DNA of 63,300 nucleotides, filler included, from Rhabdomonas costata (GCA_019059605.1; 57 parts of 57 records of this genome joined end to end with filler, not necessarily neighbours in it), one strand, 5' to 3'. Positions 12,583-26,701 are shown, numbered from the whole stretch's first letter. Made by a program: numbers and translations. Notes: a model not told the origin generated them from the letters alone.

Positions 12583-12870
12583 CCTCTTTCATCCAATGGT
12601 GGCGGATCAGAAGCACCAGTACGGCCAGCATCGCGGAGCTACCCCCGCAGTCGAACTCAGGTTCCACATGGGCTGCCTCTGCAAGGGCCTCTCCAAAGTT
12701 CCCGCGCAGCGCGGCGCCCAGGACTATAACCAAAGTTCGGTCCAGCTCAGGCTTGCTCACCCGAGTGCAAGGAACCTGTGCGGACGCGTGGAAGCAAATC
12801 CCCAACACGAGCAGCCGCCGCTGGAGCGTTAAGGGCTCGTCTGTGGTTTCCCAGCGCCCGACACTCACCT
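12583..12870 (-). CDS. Probable exon, unknown protein
   Basis: GC3-rich open frame (QRRLLVLGICFHASAQ...AMLAVLVLLIRHHWMKE); boundaries uncertain. Confidence 0.4.
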
Positions 12871-13861
12871 GAGCTACCCACTCACCTGAAAACTTCACAA
12901 TTCAGCACCTGACCAAAATAGCCAAAAACTACTACCGCGCTGCCAAAGTCAGGCACTCGAAGCATTCTCCTCTCGGCAGCCCTTTTCAATTCTGAATCAT
13001 AATGAGCACACATACCTGAGAAAGCCAGGGGAGCTGAGAGGACTTTAGTCCACAGACAGGCATTGAAGCTTCCGACAAAAAAACACGAGCAGCATAAAGC
13101 TTTTCACTGGGTCCAAGCCCTCACACACATACTGATCGGGAAGGAACTCCACTCTGAACCCAACGCAACGGGTTGGCGTTGAACAAACGTAAACCCAAAA
13201 CAGAAGGGCCCCGGACTCATCTTCAGTGACCTCTGGGTAAGTCAACCCCACCACCNNNNNNNNNNNNNNNNNNNNNNNNNNNNNNNNNNNNNNNNNNNNT
13301 TAATTAATTAANNNNNNNNNNNNNNNNNNNNNNNNNNNNNNNNNNNNNNNNNNNNGGTTGGTGTGGTGGCCCGAATATGCTTGACAAAAGACAGGCGCAG
13401 ATTCGGATGTCCGATGCAGCACAACGAACCTTTTTTTTTCAAGTCACCACGCGGATTTCTGTCAAAGTCGTTTCCACCGCGATGCTGCTACTGGGATCGT
13501 TTTCTCGACTCGCGCAGGCTTCCGGCCTCATTTATCTTTCATCATCAGTTCAGAAGGTACTTCACGCTCACGAGATTTGACAAACGACATTTGTAGCAGA
13601 ACGTTTAATCGCTTCCTCATATGCAAGACAAAAACAAAGCAGAAGATGAGAGAAAAGAAGTCGTATTGTGGAAGGTTTAGTGTCGAAGCTTGGCCCGACG
13701 AGGAATGTCCACTAGGTTTCCAAGAGAATGAAAGACAGGCGTTAGGGGGTTGGTAAGCAACAGGTGAATTTTCGTCTGCCAAGCGATGACGAGACGGATC
13801 AAAAATTCCACGGGCTGTAACACCAAGTGTAAGCGTGGCTTGAGGGGGGGGGGGCAGTGAC

Positions 13862-14187
13862 CTGCTCCTGCGTCATATAAGCCAGAGTGCGAGAGGTCCA
13901 GCGCCGCCTCACCGTGCCCGAGGTAGGTTTCAGGTGGCCCTTCAGAACGCGGAGCAACGTGGTCTGAGGGGAGATAGGCCAGGGACCTCAATGGCAGCCA
14001 CCTTACTCCTCAACAAATCGGACAAGCATCCGTCGGCAAACGCCAAAATGTTCATGTTTGCCGACGGTTCGACCCATTAAACAAAAATCCGAGATGGTTA
14101 TCCGACCGGGGAACCCCCGAAGGTGCAGAACGATCGCAAGCCACACCTTGCCACTGCCGTTCTCCCCGCAGATGACCACGCGCTCCC
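13862..14187 (-). CDS. ABC ATPase (ABC-F-like) nucleotide-binding domain; exons 14187-14147 and 13963-13862
   Basis: Spliced GERVVICGENGSGK|TTLLRVLKGHLKPTSGTVRRRWTSRTLAYMTQEQ: Walker A, PxSGxV and Q-loop; GT-AG intron splits the Walker A motif. Confidence 0.85.
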
Positions 14188-15961
14188 CTGTGAAGATCAA
14201 ACCAGATCAGACCGAAAAAGCGCTCACCGTTGTCAGGCAGAGTCTTTCTGCTTGAAGAAATGCAAACGTGAATTCCCTTCGCCAATGGACGAATTCGGAC
14301 ACCACTTGCACGACCCACACGAGGGTACTTTCATGTGAATGAAACAGCCAAAGCATTCCACCAAAAACNNNNNNNNNNNNNNNNNNNNNNNNNNNNNNNN
14401 NNNNNNNNNNNNTTAATTAATTAANNNNNNNNNNNNNNNNNNNNNNNNNNNNNNNNNNNNNNNNNNNNGGTGTTGTGTTAGCTCAGAAATGAGAAGAATA
14501 TATGTATGCTGGTTGCGTGTTCCCACGCGACGCGAAAACCACGGTCGCTTTCAGCTCCTCCTTCATGCGCGGGATTCAAGTGCCTCGAAGGGCTTGTGCT
14601 GAGCGCCAAGGTGATCTGCGTTCAGGAGCCGTGCACTGCCGAGGAGTGCTGTCGAGCTACCTTGTAAAGGTGTCATTGCTCACGCGTGGCGACATGAAGA
14701 ATATCGACCAAGTAATATCTCGAACCAGAGAAATTGTTCTGCACTCCCAGGGGTCACGTGTATTGCAACCTAACCCCCTGCGAGCGAAAGAAACTCAATC
14801 AGGGGACACGCCTATCGCAAACTTAACCCCCTGTGAGACCAAATAGCAACCTCCGAGGACACGTTGCGCTCCATGGCCCAAGATCCTAGGCGATCGTCGG
14901 CGTGATACGGAACTCCCCCGTGCATTTCTTTCAGGTCGATTTTCAAAGTATTTTAGTCAGTTGCCGAACTCTCGTTGCTCCTCACACCCTCCTCCCACGT
15001 CAGGCTTGCTTCAGGAGAGTCTGGGCTGCTGCCCGACAGCCCAGTGGGAACCAAGAGGTTCTGCGACGTGCAGGGCTTGCGGCCGTTGGGGGCCAATGTC
15101 ACCCGCCTGGCCACACGAGGGGAGATTCGGAAGGTTTTCCCACACTTTCATCCATTGCTTTCCCACTGTTTCAGGACCTTTCGCTGCGCATATTTTTGTG
15201 AACGTGGGTGGCGCAGGGCAGACCTCTGGAGTCCAAGAGGATGCGTGGGTCAATCGCTTTAATTCATGCTTCTTGCGCCTTTGATAGCAAGTACTGTACC
15301 ACCTGTGGTCTGATTCCGCAATTGCAATGCTGCGACGTATTTGTTTTCCAAAATAAATGCATGGGTTGAAGCTGAGTGTCTGCGAAAATCGCGCACACAC
15401 TGCATTTGCGAAAGAAGGGTAGGTATCGGCTTCGATCCAAAGGCGTGGTACATCAGCGTTTGGATCGAAGCCGATACCCACNNNNNNNNNNNNNNNNNNN
15501 NNNNNNNNNNNNNNNNNNNNNNNNNTTAATTAATTAANNNNNNNNNNNNNNNNNNNNNNNNNNNNNNNNNNNNNNNNNNNNGTGGTGTTGGGGTTGGGGT
15601 TAGGGTTAAGGATAGGGTTAGGTTTACAAGAGGTGATGGCAAAGTCGGGGGAAGGTGGCATTGTATTGTGCAGGTTAGGATTTGACCTGGGTGATTAGTA
15701 AAAAGCTGAATTTCTTTTTGTCGGCTTTTGGAAAGAGGGTTAAAGAAATATGGAGTTTGACATTTAGTGATAATTAGATAATAGAGAAAGGAAATTTGTT
15801 TCATTTTTCTTGCAAATTTCCAGGTTTCGCTAGGATCTTGAACCGCTTTGCCGTTTAAGACATCCAGCGCGACAAATCTGTGGCGCGGGCATACAAAACA
15901 AATTGCAATGCGGAAAAACGCGATATTCCGAAAACTCGGACAAAGTGCGTCACGGGAAGTC

Positions 15962-16330
15962 ATTTCACGTTCGCAACCCTCACCGTAAGCTTCTGCTGCA
16001 ACGTGTACCTCTTCAAACGGAATCTATGGACCAACTCCTGAATTATAAACAAATCTGAAGCTCCGGAATCCAATAACGCCCTAACTTGGGTGTTCCCGAT
16101 CCACAAAGGCAAGAACATTAGTGGCTGATGGGGGAGGGTCTGGCAAATCTCCCAAGAACCCAACCCACTCTCGCGCGTCTCTCTGGAATGGCAACACGAA
16201 TAGCTGGACCTGGGTACTTCCTTCCACTATTCGAATGCTGCTTACCGCTGTCGTTGCTAAATAATCCGAGGACTCATCTGAAAACTCGTCTACTACCACG
16301 CTCAACTCGCAAAGCTCTGTGCAATGCTCG
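15962..16330 (-). mobile_element. Ty3/gypsy pol remnant (retropepsin), truncated
   Basis: QPLMFLPLWIGNTQVRALLDSGASDLFIIQELVHRFRLKRYTLQQKLTVRVAN, with the DSG catalytic motif. Confidence 0.85.
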
Positions 16331-16694
16331 GACTTGGGTGATTCCTTCCAAATCTTAGGCTAGTGTCCCCCTCTAACACTTAAGGAGATGTCTCCTTTGG
16401 ATCCCAACACCACCAACTGTAGTTTTTGAACTTCTCGCTTCTCTTTAATTGGGCGGTTGCTGAAGACCGCTAATTCTGCGTCAGTTCTCTTTTCTCTACA
16501 TAACACTTTGCGCAATTCCCTTCTACTCTGGACCGATTTCGGCTCTTCATTACTCCTATTAAACGTCCTTTCAAACCCAACCAAACACACAACANNNNNN
16601 NNNNNNNNNNNNNNNNNNNNNNNNNNNNNNNNNNNNNNTTAATTAATTAANNNNNNNNNNNNNNNNNNNNNNNNNNNNNNNNNNNNNNNNNNNN

Positions 16695-16751
16695 AGGTCC
16701 GTGGGGGCGGAACCCATCACCTCCAGCATCCAGTTCGCCGGGTTTTGCTCC
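16695..16751 (-). CDS. Exon fragment of an ABCG/PDR-type transporter
   Basis: cag|EQNPANWMLEVMG matches the NPAxWMLEV motif after the ABCG/PDR nucleotide-binding domain. Confidence 0.7.
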
Positions 16752-19700
16752 CTGCCCACACATTGGAGGAAGATGCACCGCTGGTTCATTCGAGTGTGAG
16801 AGGGCATGTTAAAGGGGCTGAAACTTTGTGAAACGGCATCGTGTGTGGCCGTGTGTGGCCGTGACTGCTTTTGTTTGGCGCACCGTGGCTCTATTGATTG
16901 CATTAGATTGATGAGTGGCCCGAAACGAGTCGACTAGGCCAGCTATGTGGCAGGCCCCTGGTAATTGATGCAAATATGATACTACCCCAAAAGTGTGTAT
17001 AAACAACCGTGTTGCACTACCACAGACAGAATCGAATGCATTGGCACTGGCTTCATATACCCTGGTTGTTATCCACTGGGCATGGGCATTGCCACTCCTT
17101 CTGGAAGCTGCACCGAACCCCTCCGAATTCTACCAATACAAAATAAATACTCCGCTGCAACCTGTCTTCACCAGTTACCTTAATCTTCCACCTTCTTCTT
17201 GGTGACCCACTTCCCGTTAACAACCTGAGGTGAATCACTGAGCCCCCATTATCAACAAGTGGTTTCAGACTTTCTTCCTCAGCTTCCAGAACCCCCCAAA
17301 CAGTTGGCAAGCCTCCATATGTGGCAGGCTCCTCCGATCACTGGGGACGCGCTGAGAACTTTTGTGAGGTCAGAGCAATCCGGTACCAAGGTGCGCTTGC
17401 ACGCTGTGCATATGGATCGCCCACGAATCCCAAGCCCCATCCCTGTCACAAAAGGTAAACACACAGGCACTGGCCATACGGGTTATGCGGAGGTAGGTGC
17501 AGGGTTGCGCGCTGACTTACACGGCGAGCAATGTGAAAAACCCCTGGTAATTGATGCTCCATACATACGGTCGCTTGCAGATCCCAAGCTGCATCCCATT
17601 CACAATAAAAAACAGTGGTTCCGGCATACGGGTTGTATGGGGTCACCCCCTCGCAGCTCTCCAGGTGCCTCACCATGTCCGAGCAGTCCTGCCCCAACTC
17701 CCCACACNNNNNNNNNNNNNNNNNNNNNNNNNNNNNNNNNNNNNNNNNNNNTTAATTAATTAANNNNNNNNNNNNNNNNNNNNNNNNNNNNNNNNNNNNN
17801 NNNNNNNTGGTGGTCACTGTGTGTGCTGTGCGGGTGTGTGGTGCGGTGTGGTTGGTTTCCCCCGGGACAGTTAACCCCTTTGGGGAACGGCGCCGGGCAA
17901 ACTCAAGCAAGCACACATATTTGCAAATCACCGCAAACAGAGGTGTCGCGCTCCATTGTCCCGCGCTGCGTCGCGGCCGTTTGCCTTGCACAAATGTGTC
18001 TATTTCCTTGCCGCGCGATCCAGCCTATCCGGCACAATGACTTGCACAATACCCAGGATTACTCCTATCAAAAACAGCTCTCGTAAACTGCCATACATTG
18101 TTTGGCTAGGTTGTTTTAAAGCTAAGCATCCGTGTGCACCATGTGCGTGCTTTGCTGAAACAAGATCTTTGGAAATAAATTGGACCGTTTGGAGCGGCAG
18201 GAAAGTTGGCCCATCTGATTTAAACAATTTAATCCAGTTTTCGCCACTGAGACCTCCAAAAGTTGAAAATGAGCAAAAGATCTCACCAGAATACAATCAA
18301 ATGCAACAATAGCAGGTCAGCGCGTGTGGTTTCTCAATGAAGAACGGGGGTAAAATAGAACATAGAAGAGCAAACGGCGAAGCCCGGGGCTTTCCGCAAA
18401 ACCCTCCATCCCTCCACATAAACAAAGCATATGGAAGAGATGCATCAGGAAGGCCGTCCAATCCGTCAAGATTACCCACAGCGCGGAAAGACGCTTCTCA
18501 AGCGCCTGCCCAAACCCCACAATCGAAGTAAAACCATCCCCAAAAAACCTGTGCAACGGGGAGCGCCGTGAATGCACACCCCGCACAGAGGTCCCACACT
18601 CTTGACAACAAAAACGCGAACATACGCGCAACAATTCAAGAAAAGCAAAAAAAAAAAAACGACGACCAAAGTGTACCCCATCCCGTCCCCTGCGCACACA
18701 CGCACCACCCGCACAAATCTATTACGGCAAGCGCCACCACTCACTCCAAGAAGCGCAGGAAATGGAAAGCGACAGCTGGAGATCTTCCATTTCGGGTCCT
18801 CCACCACCTCCCCACCACANNNNNNNNNNNNNNNNNNNNNNNNNNNNNNNNNNNNNNNNNNNNTTAATTAATTAANNNNNNNNNNNNNNNNNNNNNNNNN
18901 NNNNNNNNNNNNNNNNNNNTTTTTATGCTTTAGATTAACGCAAGGAGCAGGCAGGCTTTCATTACGGTTATTTAGTTTTGATTTTTCCAGGACCCGATTT
19001 GATGAGGTTCGGTGGGGGGTGGGGGGCGTGCTGAGTAATTGGTGCTTCCTTGCAAAAACCTCCGTTTTTCCAACCCGAAAGGCAAGGCAAGGCAAGGCAA
19101 GGCAAGGGAACTGCATTACTTGGGATGCAATGGGCGGAAAGGCGCCGTTCATAGTCTCTAAGTGTGGCGGGGCAGGAGGGAGGGCCGTGACACGTGTCAA
19201 CAAAGGATATAAATGCTGCTGAGAAGGAACACAGTAGTAGTCCACAAAACACACAAGTGCACACTCCAACCCTACAACATAAAACAAAAAACGCCGCGGC
19301 CTCTAGAATTGAGCCAAGAACAGGGAGTCATCCTTATGAGCGCAGGTAAAGGTCAACGTGCATACAGCAGCCTTTTGTTTCGATCACTGGAAAACGTCTG
19401 GAATGCACCCCATTGTAAGTATGTTCGTGCATGGCAAAGAATGTATGGTGGGCGCGAAAAAATGAGAGAGCGCACCAATAAGTCGCCTCAACAAGGAGGC
19501 GAACGGCAGGTCAAAGGGCAGCACAGCAGGAATCCGGCGAAACAGTGCCGTGAGCACTCGGCCAACACTCACCCCCTTGTTGCCGTCCTCGTCCTGCAGG
19601 CTGGCTATATACTCAGCCAGCGACACCACCGCAGTGTTGGCCTGACGCACGCACGAGAATAAATGTGCACCCGACAATGGAAACCTTCATTGCAGTACCA

Positions 19701-22261
19701 GTACACAGGGACGGATAGAAACGTCCGACGTCACCTGCTTAAAATGAGAGAGCGGCGATTGAATGCCATACGAGGAAAGAGTATTTCGCAAACGGCGTGG
19801 AAAAACCGTTTGTTCATCACAGCGATAACGACAAAATGAAACAAAAAAAGCGAGCAACAACTTTGGAGGGAGGAGACACTTCAGACTTGATCAAGTGCGA
19901 CGTGCACCTCTAAAATGACAAAACCAAACCCNNNNNNNNNNNNNNNNNNNNNNNNNNNNNNNNNNNNNNNNNNNNTTAATTAATTAANNNNNNNNNNNNN
20001 NNNNNNNNNNNNNNNNNNNNNNNNNNNNNNNCGGGTGTTGGGCCCATTCCTCCCATCATCCCGTGCGCGCGGGGGATATTGGGCCATGAACACCACATTC
20101 ATGAGAAACCACCGCTTCTTCGCCAATCCATTCAGGAGAATCCTTTGGACCAAAAAAAGCCGTTTTTTTACTGGATGGGTGCGTCATAGAAAGATATAAT
20201 GTCACACTCCAACTATGCTGCGGGAACTCTTACGTGGCTCCTACCTCTTTGGGTGGTCGTGCCTATGGATCCCACTCGATCTGGACTGTATCCCGACCTT
20301 GCTTGCACAAGGTGGGCGCTGCCTCGGCTTACCTGGGTGTCTTGGCACCTAGAACGTGGCGGAGGTCTCTTCCGTTCGTCCGGGGGTCGCTCTGGTGCTC
20401 TCTGCTGGCGTCGCCTTTCTGAAACGGGGGCGGGGTGCCAACCACTTTTCGATTTACCAAGCCGCTTCGGCGTAAATCTGGACCTCTGGTGGCACAACTC
20501 TGCAGACCAGGTGGCTCGTGAAGGCTGCTTTAGGCACAGGGGGGGTCTCTTGGCCTGGCCTTGGTGCCCACACCTTCTGGGCTGTGGAGGGGTTTCGCTG
20601 GGCGTGTCTCGCCGCTTATGCCTTTCCCCAATCTCCCACCCAAAAAGAAGGCTGTGGAAGTGGCACGCGACCGCACGCACACACCCTGTCCTGTGTTTAC
20701 CGCACTAACGCCACTCCCTTTTTCACCCCTCTCCATCTGCTGGTGCCTCGGGTCTCCGCGGACCTCGCCTGCGGTTCCGCTGTGGTTCTGCTGCACCTCC
20801 TCTGTGAAAACACGATGAAAGGCGAATCGCAACACAAATTGAAATAAAAAGCGACCTGTTAGGTTTAATTTCGCATTAATGAACTCACGCAAGTTACAAA
20901 AACCTAATCAAGGACCTCTCTCTGTAATTCTCGTAGTTCTTAGCGTTCAATGGCACCAGGGTAGTCAGGACGAACTCTTGAAATCCGCCTGACCTGTGAA
21001 AACTCGGAAGAAAGGTGAGAATGCAACTTTCTTCCCCCACAACCNNNNNNNNNNNNNNNNNNNNNNNNNNNNNNNNNNNNNNNNNNNNTTAATTAATTAA
21101 NNNNNNNNNNNNNNNNNNNNNNNNNNNNNNNNNNNNNNNNNNNNTTTTTTGGTGTGTTCGAAACCAATGCGGGTTTATTTGTGTAACGTTTTGTTACGTT
21201 GCTTTTCGGAGGGGACATATCAGTTATTCTCTTATGGGCATATGCGGAGGTTATTGTGCTCGGGATGGTTGTGAAGTATGGGTGGGTGGGTTAATATCTC
21301 TGATGTGTTCGTGCTTGTGTGAGTGTAGGGGTTCCTGTATGTTTTTACTTTCTCACTTGCAGCGCGTGTGCCAGCCTGTGGTCTCCCTTACCCCCTTTTC
21401 CGCCACTTCTACCCTCACCACATAATGTCCCACGGGGTGAGATTCGCGCACAATCCCTACTCCTCCGAAGGTGTGCCTCTACCTCCTTTCTCCGTCTTCT
21501 ACGTTTTTTGGGGGGCGGGGGTCTGCGAATATTCTTTTATCAGGATTGATAGTTGGATCATAGAACCACTTCCCATCAGTGACCACTCACAGCTCAGCAT
21601 ATATGCTCACTGCTAGCATTTCATGAACAACCACCATCCGTGGTCCACCTATTTTTCGGCCCGTGTCTTCTGACGTCCTGATGTCCTCTGGCTTCCCCGG
21701 CTATCGTGTGCTTGAGGCGGCTGAGTTGGCACTTTCTGCTCCCAGGGATGACTCTTGTCCTTCCACCGCCGACTCCGGAGTCCCGCTCTTCGATTTCCGC
21801 AGAGTACGTGGCTCCTCTCACCTGTGTGGAAAACAAACGTTTATTCTCCTTGTACCACCAACCCTGTGATGCTTGCAGTTTGAGTGGGTCTTGCTGCCCT
21901 TTTCGGTTTAAAGAAGCAGGTTGCAGAGGCCTCTGCGCCGGAGAGAGTTTGGGCTTTTTGAGCTTTTTCTTTTGACTCACGGGAATTACGAGCCCCCCCA
22001 TATCAATTCCATTTCGGGCCCCATATACGCATTTACGGACCCAAGGTACTGTTGACTTAAGACTGGCTGAGGTGGGCCACCTAACCCCAAGCGAGACCTT
22101 CTGTCTTGTCTGAGGGGGCCCGTGCTTCGCAAATTAAGCCCCGGTGACATCTNNNNNNNNNNNNNNNNNNNNNNNNNNNNNNNNNNNNNNNNNNNNTTAA
22201 TTAATTAANNNNNNNNNNNNNNNNNNNNNNNNNNNNNNNNNNNNNNNNNNNNGGGTTGTTG

Positions 22262-22400
22262 GGCTTTTGTGTAACTTTGGGCTGTGACAAAGCTTGAGAA
22301 TGACAGGCTTCATTGTTCTGGGAATCAAACGAATTGCGGCCGCAAGCCTGGCACCCATACCACTCAGACATCATACCTTCCATGTTTATTATTCACGGTT
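22262..22400 (-). mobile_element. Possible decayed DNA-transposase (Mutator-like) remnant in an AT-rich contig
   Basis: WYGCQACGRNSFDSQNNEACHSQAL loosely resembles the MULE TNNxxExxHxxL motif; surrounding frames contain many stops. Confidence 0.25.
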
Positions 22401-23599
22401 GCCCGAGTTGTCCGGGAACGGGTCCATGGATTTTCATCCTTTCATCGAGTATTAGTCTTCATAAATTTTTCTTCCATTTATTCTTATTTCATCATTTTGG
22501 CCTTTTTATCTTCATCTTCACAGCTTTTCCACATCCCATACATTTTCTTGGTTACATTCACAAAGACAGTGTTTACGTTGTTTACCTTTTCAATTTGTGC
22601 AACTATGATGATAAGGTGAATAAATTTGCAAAAGTATGACATTTTCATCCGCAGAGAGCCGAAATGTTCCCTCTGTGACTGTGAAATATTGTAACCGAGG
22701 ATTAATTTGTCAAAACGCATTTGAGTTGCAAGAGAAATGGTTGTCAAAAGCGCATACCCTGCCAGCAAAGTTTACTAAGTTCACTTTTGGAAGGCATTAA
22801 GTTCAAGAGTGTTCACTTACCCAACTGGAGCATGTTGTATGACATAACACTGGGAACGTCGCTCAGTCCCACACAAGATCACCAGTATGTGAATGGCTTC
22901 CTAACACCGTGCGAGAAAAATAACTTTTACCAAAGTAGGCACAAGTAAAGGAGCGTAGCACACATTTATACACTTAAGTTACGTTATGTTATACTGTGGT
23001 GGTAGAGGTGGTTATGGTGGTCATTTCACTATCATTTCCCCAGATGGTAGTTGCTACATTACTAAATCATGTTTTCATTGTTAATCTTGACGTTGTGGTT
23101 GTGGTGCCATGCTGCCAATGGTTGTGTAGTGGCATCACCTGGATACTGATGACCGGTATGCCACAGAGTCAAGATTAACAATGAAAACATGATTTAGTAA
23201 TGTAGCAACTACCATCTGGGGAAATGATAGTGAAATGACCACCATAACCACCTCAACCACCACCNNNNNNNNNNNNNNNNNNNNNNNNNNNNNNNNNNNN
23301 NNNNNNNNTTAATTAATTAANNNNNNNNNNNNNNNNNNNNNNNNNNNNNNNNNNNNNNNNNNNNGGTGGTTGGGGTGCGGAAGTGATTCAGTTGATGCTT
23401 GATTGAGGTTGTTTGGGGGCGTCTTTGTTCACTCATGGCGACTTGTTGTGTGATGGTGCTTGCGGAAGAGGGCGATCTGAGTGTTCCGGCTTTGGCACAG
23501 TCATCGTAAGGTGAAGGAAGGGCGAAGGAAAACAGGGCGCCTTGTGTGATTTTTTTGTGCCGTGTAAAAAAGGGTAAGATCCCCATCTTATGGGGTGAG

Positions 23600-24224
23600 C
23601 TGGGCGAGGTCCTGCGGGCGGCCCTGATGACTCTGTGCGCTGGGGTGGAGGCGATGCTCTCTGTGGAGCCATACCCCTTGCTCACGCTGTCATCCCCCAT
23701 ATATGTCCTCGGTGCGTTGCGTGCGCTAGTTCGTTTGATGCCGAAAGCGAGTTGTTCTGATGGACAGTTACGTGATGCGTAGAAGGGGTTGATGCCTCTC
23801 CGTTCAAGGTCCTTTCAAGTCCTTTCAAGTCTTCACGTTGTACAGAGAGGGTGGCTATTTTGAAAACCTGTGAACCGGGCGGAAAGTCCTGCTGACCAAG
23901 AAAGCTGATTCTGAAAACTGCATTTAAAAGCTTCGTGGAGGAACAACCACACAGCGGGGCGTGGTCGAGGGATACGGACAGGCGCTCTTGGAGCTGGTCG
24001 GGCCCGTTTCGTGTTTCCTCCACTTGGCGTTGTTGTTGGATCCCTTCATCTGCCATCCGGCTGTCATTTAGTACATGTCCTTCTGACTGATTCTGCTTCG
24101 AACGCAGGAGACTTTCATGGGAACTTCGCCGATCTAATGTTCTATCTCTCGAACATCGTCAGCTTCGGGGATATGCGGTACACGGCCTGCAGCTTGCTCT
24201 TCCTTGGGGACTACGTGGACAAAG
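23600..24224 (+). CDS. PPP-family Ser/Thr phosphatase; exons ~23600-23711 and 24108-24224
   Basis: LLTLSSPIYVLG|DFHGNFADL...LLFLGDYVDKG: GDxHG and GDxVD(R/K)G motifs; GTGCGT...CAG intron. Confidence 0.9.
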
Positions 24225-26701
24225 GTCTTTCGCCCCCTCCCCCCCTACTCGGTTTCTCTCGCGTTCATCTCCGCCTCTCAGACCTCCCGCTCCTTTTCCT
24301 GTACCGTGGGGCATATTATATCAGCGAGAGCCTCTCCGTCACTTATAGACCTTCTACGACCAGTCCCCTCCACCCCNNNNNNNNNNNNNNNNNNNNNNNN
24401 NNNNNNNNNNNNNNNNNNNNTTAATTAATTAANNNNNNNNNNNNNNNNNNNNNNNNNNNNNNNNNNNNNNNNNNNNGTTGGTGTGTTAGTAATTGTGAGG
24501 AGGACTTTAAGTCTGCCGCGTCCTCCGCGTCGTTGGTGGTTTCGCCTTGCATGAGGGGGTGTGCCTCGAGCCATGCACGGCACTGCTTTGAAGTGGGCCC
24601 TCCTCTCTTCTGTGTGTGTGTGTGTGTGTGTGCGTGCGTGCGGGTGTGCCCCATCGCTGGTTCTCTGTGCCCGTTGTTCAGTTCCGCCTCCACACGCTCC
24701 GCTTTTGTATGGGCGGTGCCAGCCTCGAGCGAAACGCCACCCGACTTCTCCTCGCAGGGGAGGCGTGCTCAGCAAGGTTGGTGTGTGGGCTTTTGGGCCT
24801 TGTCTGTGTACTTGCACTGTGCCGTGACCTTGCTTTAGGTGGTGCTTTTCTGTGTCTTTGGTTTTCCTCCAATGGTTGTCGGTAGTTGTCGGCTCTGAGC
24901 ACATTTGCGTACACAACGACGAAGCACAGCCGGCCCACCCCAAAGAATCCAGGCACGCGTTTGCCCCCGAAGACGACCCCGCTGCCTCAGAACGCACAGC
25001 GTGAGTGTACACCAGCATACGCTTCACCCGAACTGCTCCCGCGGCCCCGCCTCCCAGCCACCCAAAAAAATACGACAATGAAAGAAGCGATACGCAAATT
25101 TGGGCTCTTGTAAAGCAAAATTGTGCGGTCCCACGTGGAGGTCACGTTTTCGTCTGATTTCCATCAAGGAATGGTGTGTGTTTGGTAGGAGGGAGGAAAA
25201 AGAGGGTGGTACCCCCTCACCTTTCCAGTGAGCTTTGGCAGAGGAGATCCACCGGCACTACCCAAGCACTAGTTTTCTAAAACCAGAAAGGCCCATGCAT
25301 CCAAGCCAAGTGCTTCTCTGGACGTGCCATGAAACGGACTTCATCGCGCCAACATTTTTAACAGGTTATCATTGTTGGACGACGGTAACAGCATATCTGC
25401 TTGTTCTTCCCGAAGGAAAGATTTGAGAACCAAACTGCTCAGAGCTAGAACGACAGCCTGGTCCACACCCCACCAAACACACCCACCACNNNNNNNNNNN
25501 NNNNNNNNNNNNNNNNNNNNNNNNNNNNNNNNNTTAATTAATTAANNNNNNNNNNNNNNNNNNNNNNNNNNNNNNNNNNNNNNNNNNNNTTGTTTTTGTA
25601 CGCCAAATAGCAGGCAGCAAAAGTTTCCGCAACAAGAATGGAGTCCAATGGGGGGGGGGGCGATAATGGTAAATGGGTAAATGGTAAAAATGTTAACGGC
25701 GAGGTACCAACCTAGGCAGGTCCGCCCACTAACCCACAAAAAGTACCAAGGAAAAGCACCGCAATGCGAAATTTCCAGTCTTGCACATCACTGTTTAACA
25801 TCGTTAAACCATTTAACGTTGGTAACCCTTTTGACGCTCAGTTGCCAAGCTGTCCGCGTGAGCTCAGCCCAGTCCCCAAACCCACCAACACCCAAATCGC
25901 AAACCGAAAAAGGTTGAGGGACAGCTATCGCACCTCCGCTGAAATGAGCAGCATTAGAAACGATTGTTACGACTGTCCAAATTGCTGACCTTGAATGCCT
26001 ACTCTCGGCTATTCTCTCACAGCCACCTTACATGCGTTAAGGATGACTGAAGGTTGACAAGAAGTGCCGTTTCCTCAGCAATCAACTCAGAGGCAGCCTA
26101 GAAAGTCCGCGAAGCCACGATGGTGACGAACAGGCGACTTGAACCGAAATCGAGAGCCCGCACATTCTCAGGCAGCCTTTACGAAGTACATGTATGCAGA
26201 GTTCAGCGAGTCGTCCTTCACAAAGTGGCACGCGGCCATGCTGAACCCACAGGCGCATACAAATGCGCGCCACTGCCGAAGGTCTTTGTACGCCGACACC
26301 GCGCCAGCCCCCGAAGCCCCAGAGAACAGCCGGAAAGTGTCTGTAGAACAAAACAGCAAGGGCAGTTGCCCGAAAAAAAATCGCACTCAAAGCACAAGAC
26401 TGACCTCAAAGCGACCAGGCATCAGACGCGCGCGAGAACAGCACGGGGAAAAAAACGCAGCGCAGCAAATCGGGATGAGTGCTTTACAATTCATACATAG
26501 GTCTAATCACCAAACGCTTCGCAAGGTTGTGGCATGCGCGGTCTGGCTATCCGGGGGGTCAGTGCGCAGTGACAGAATTTTATGACCGGGAAAGCCAAAC
26601 ANNNNNNNNNNNNNNNNNNNNNNNNNNNNNNNNNNNNNNNNNNNNTTAATTAATTAANNNNNNNNNNNNNNNNNNNNNNNNNNNNNNNNNNNNNNNNNNN
26701 N

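Noticed and set aside
17000-17700. Possible decayed non-LTR retroelement sequence (also 20200-20700)
   Set aside because: No RT, endonuclease or RNase H motif could be identified with confidence
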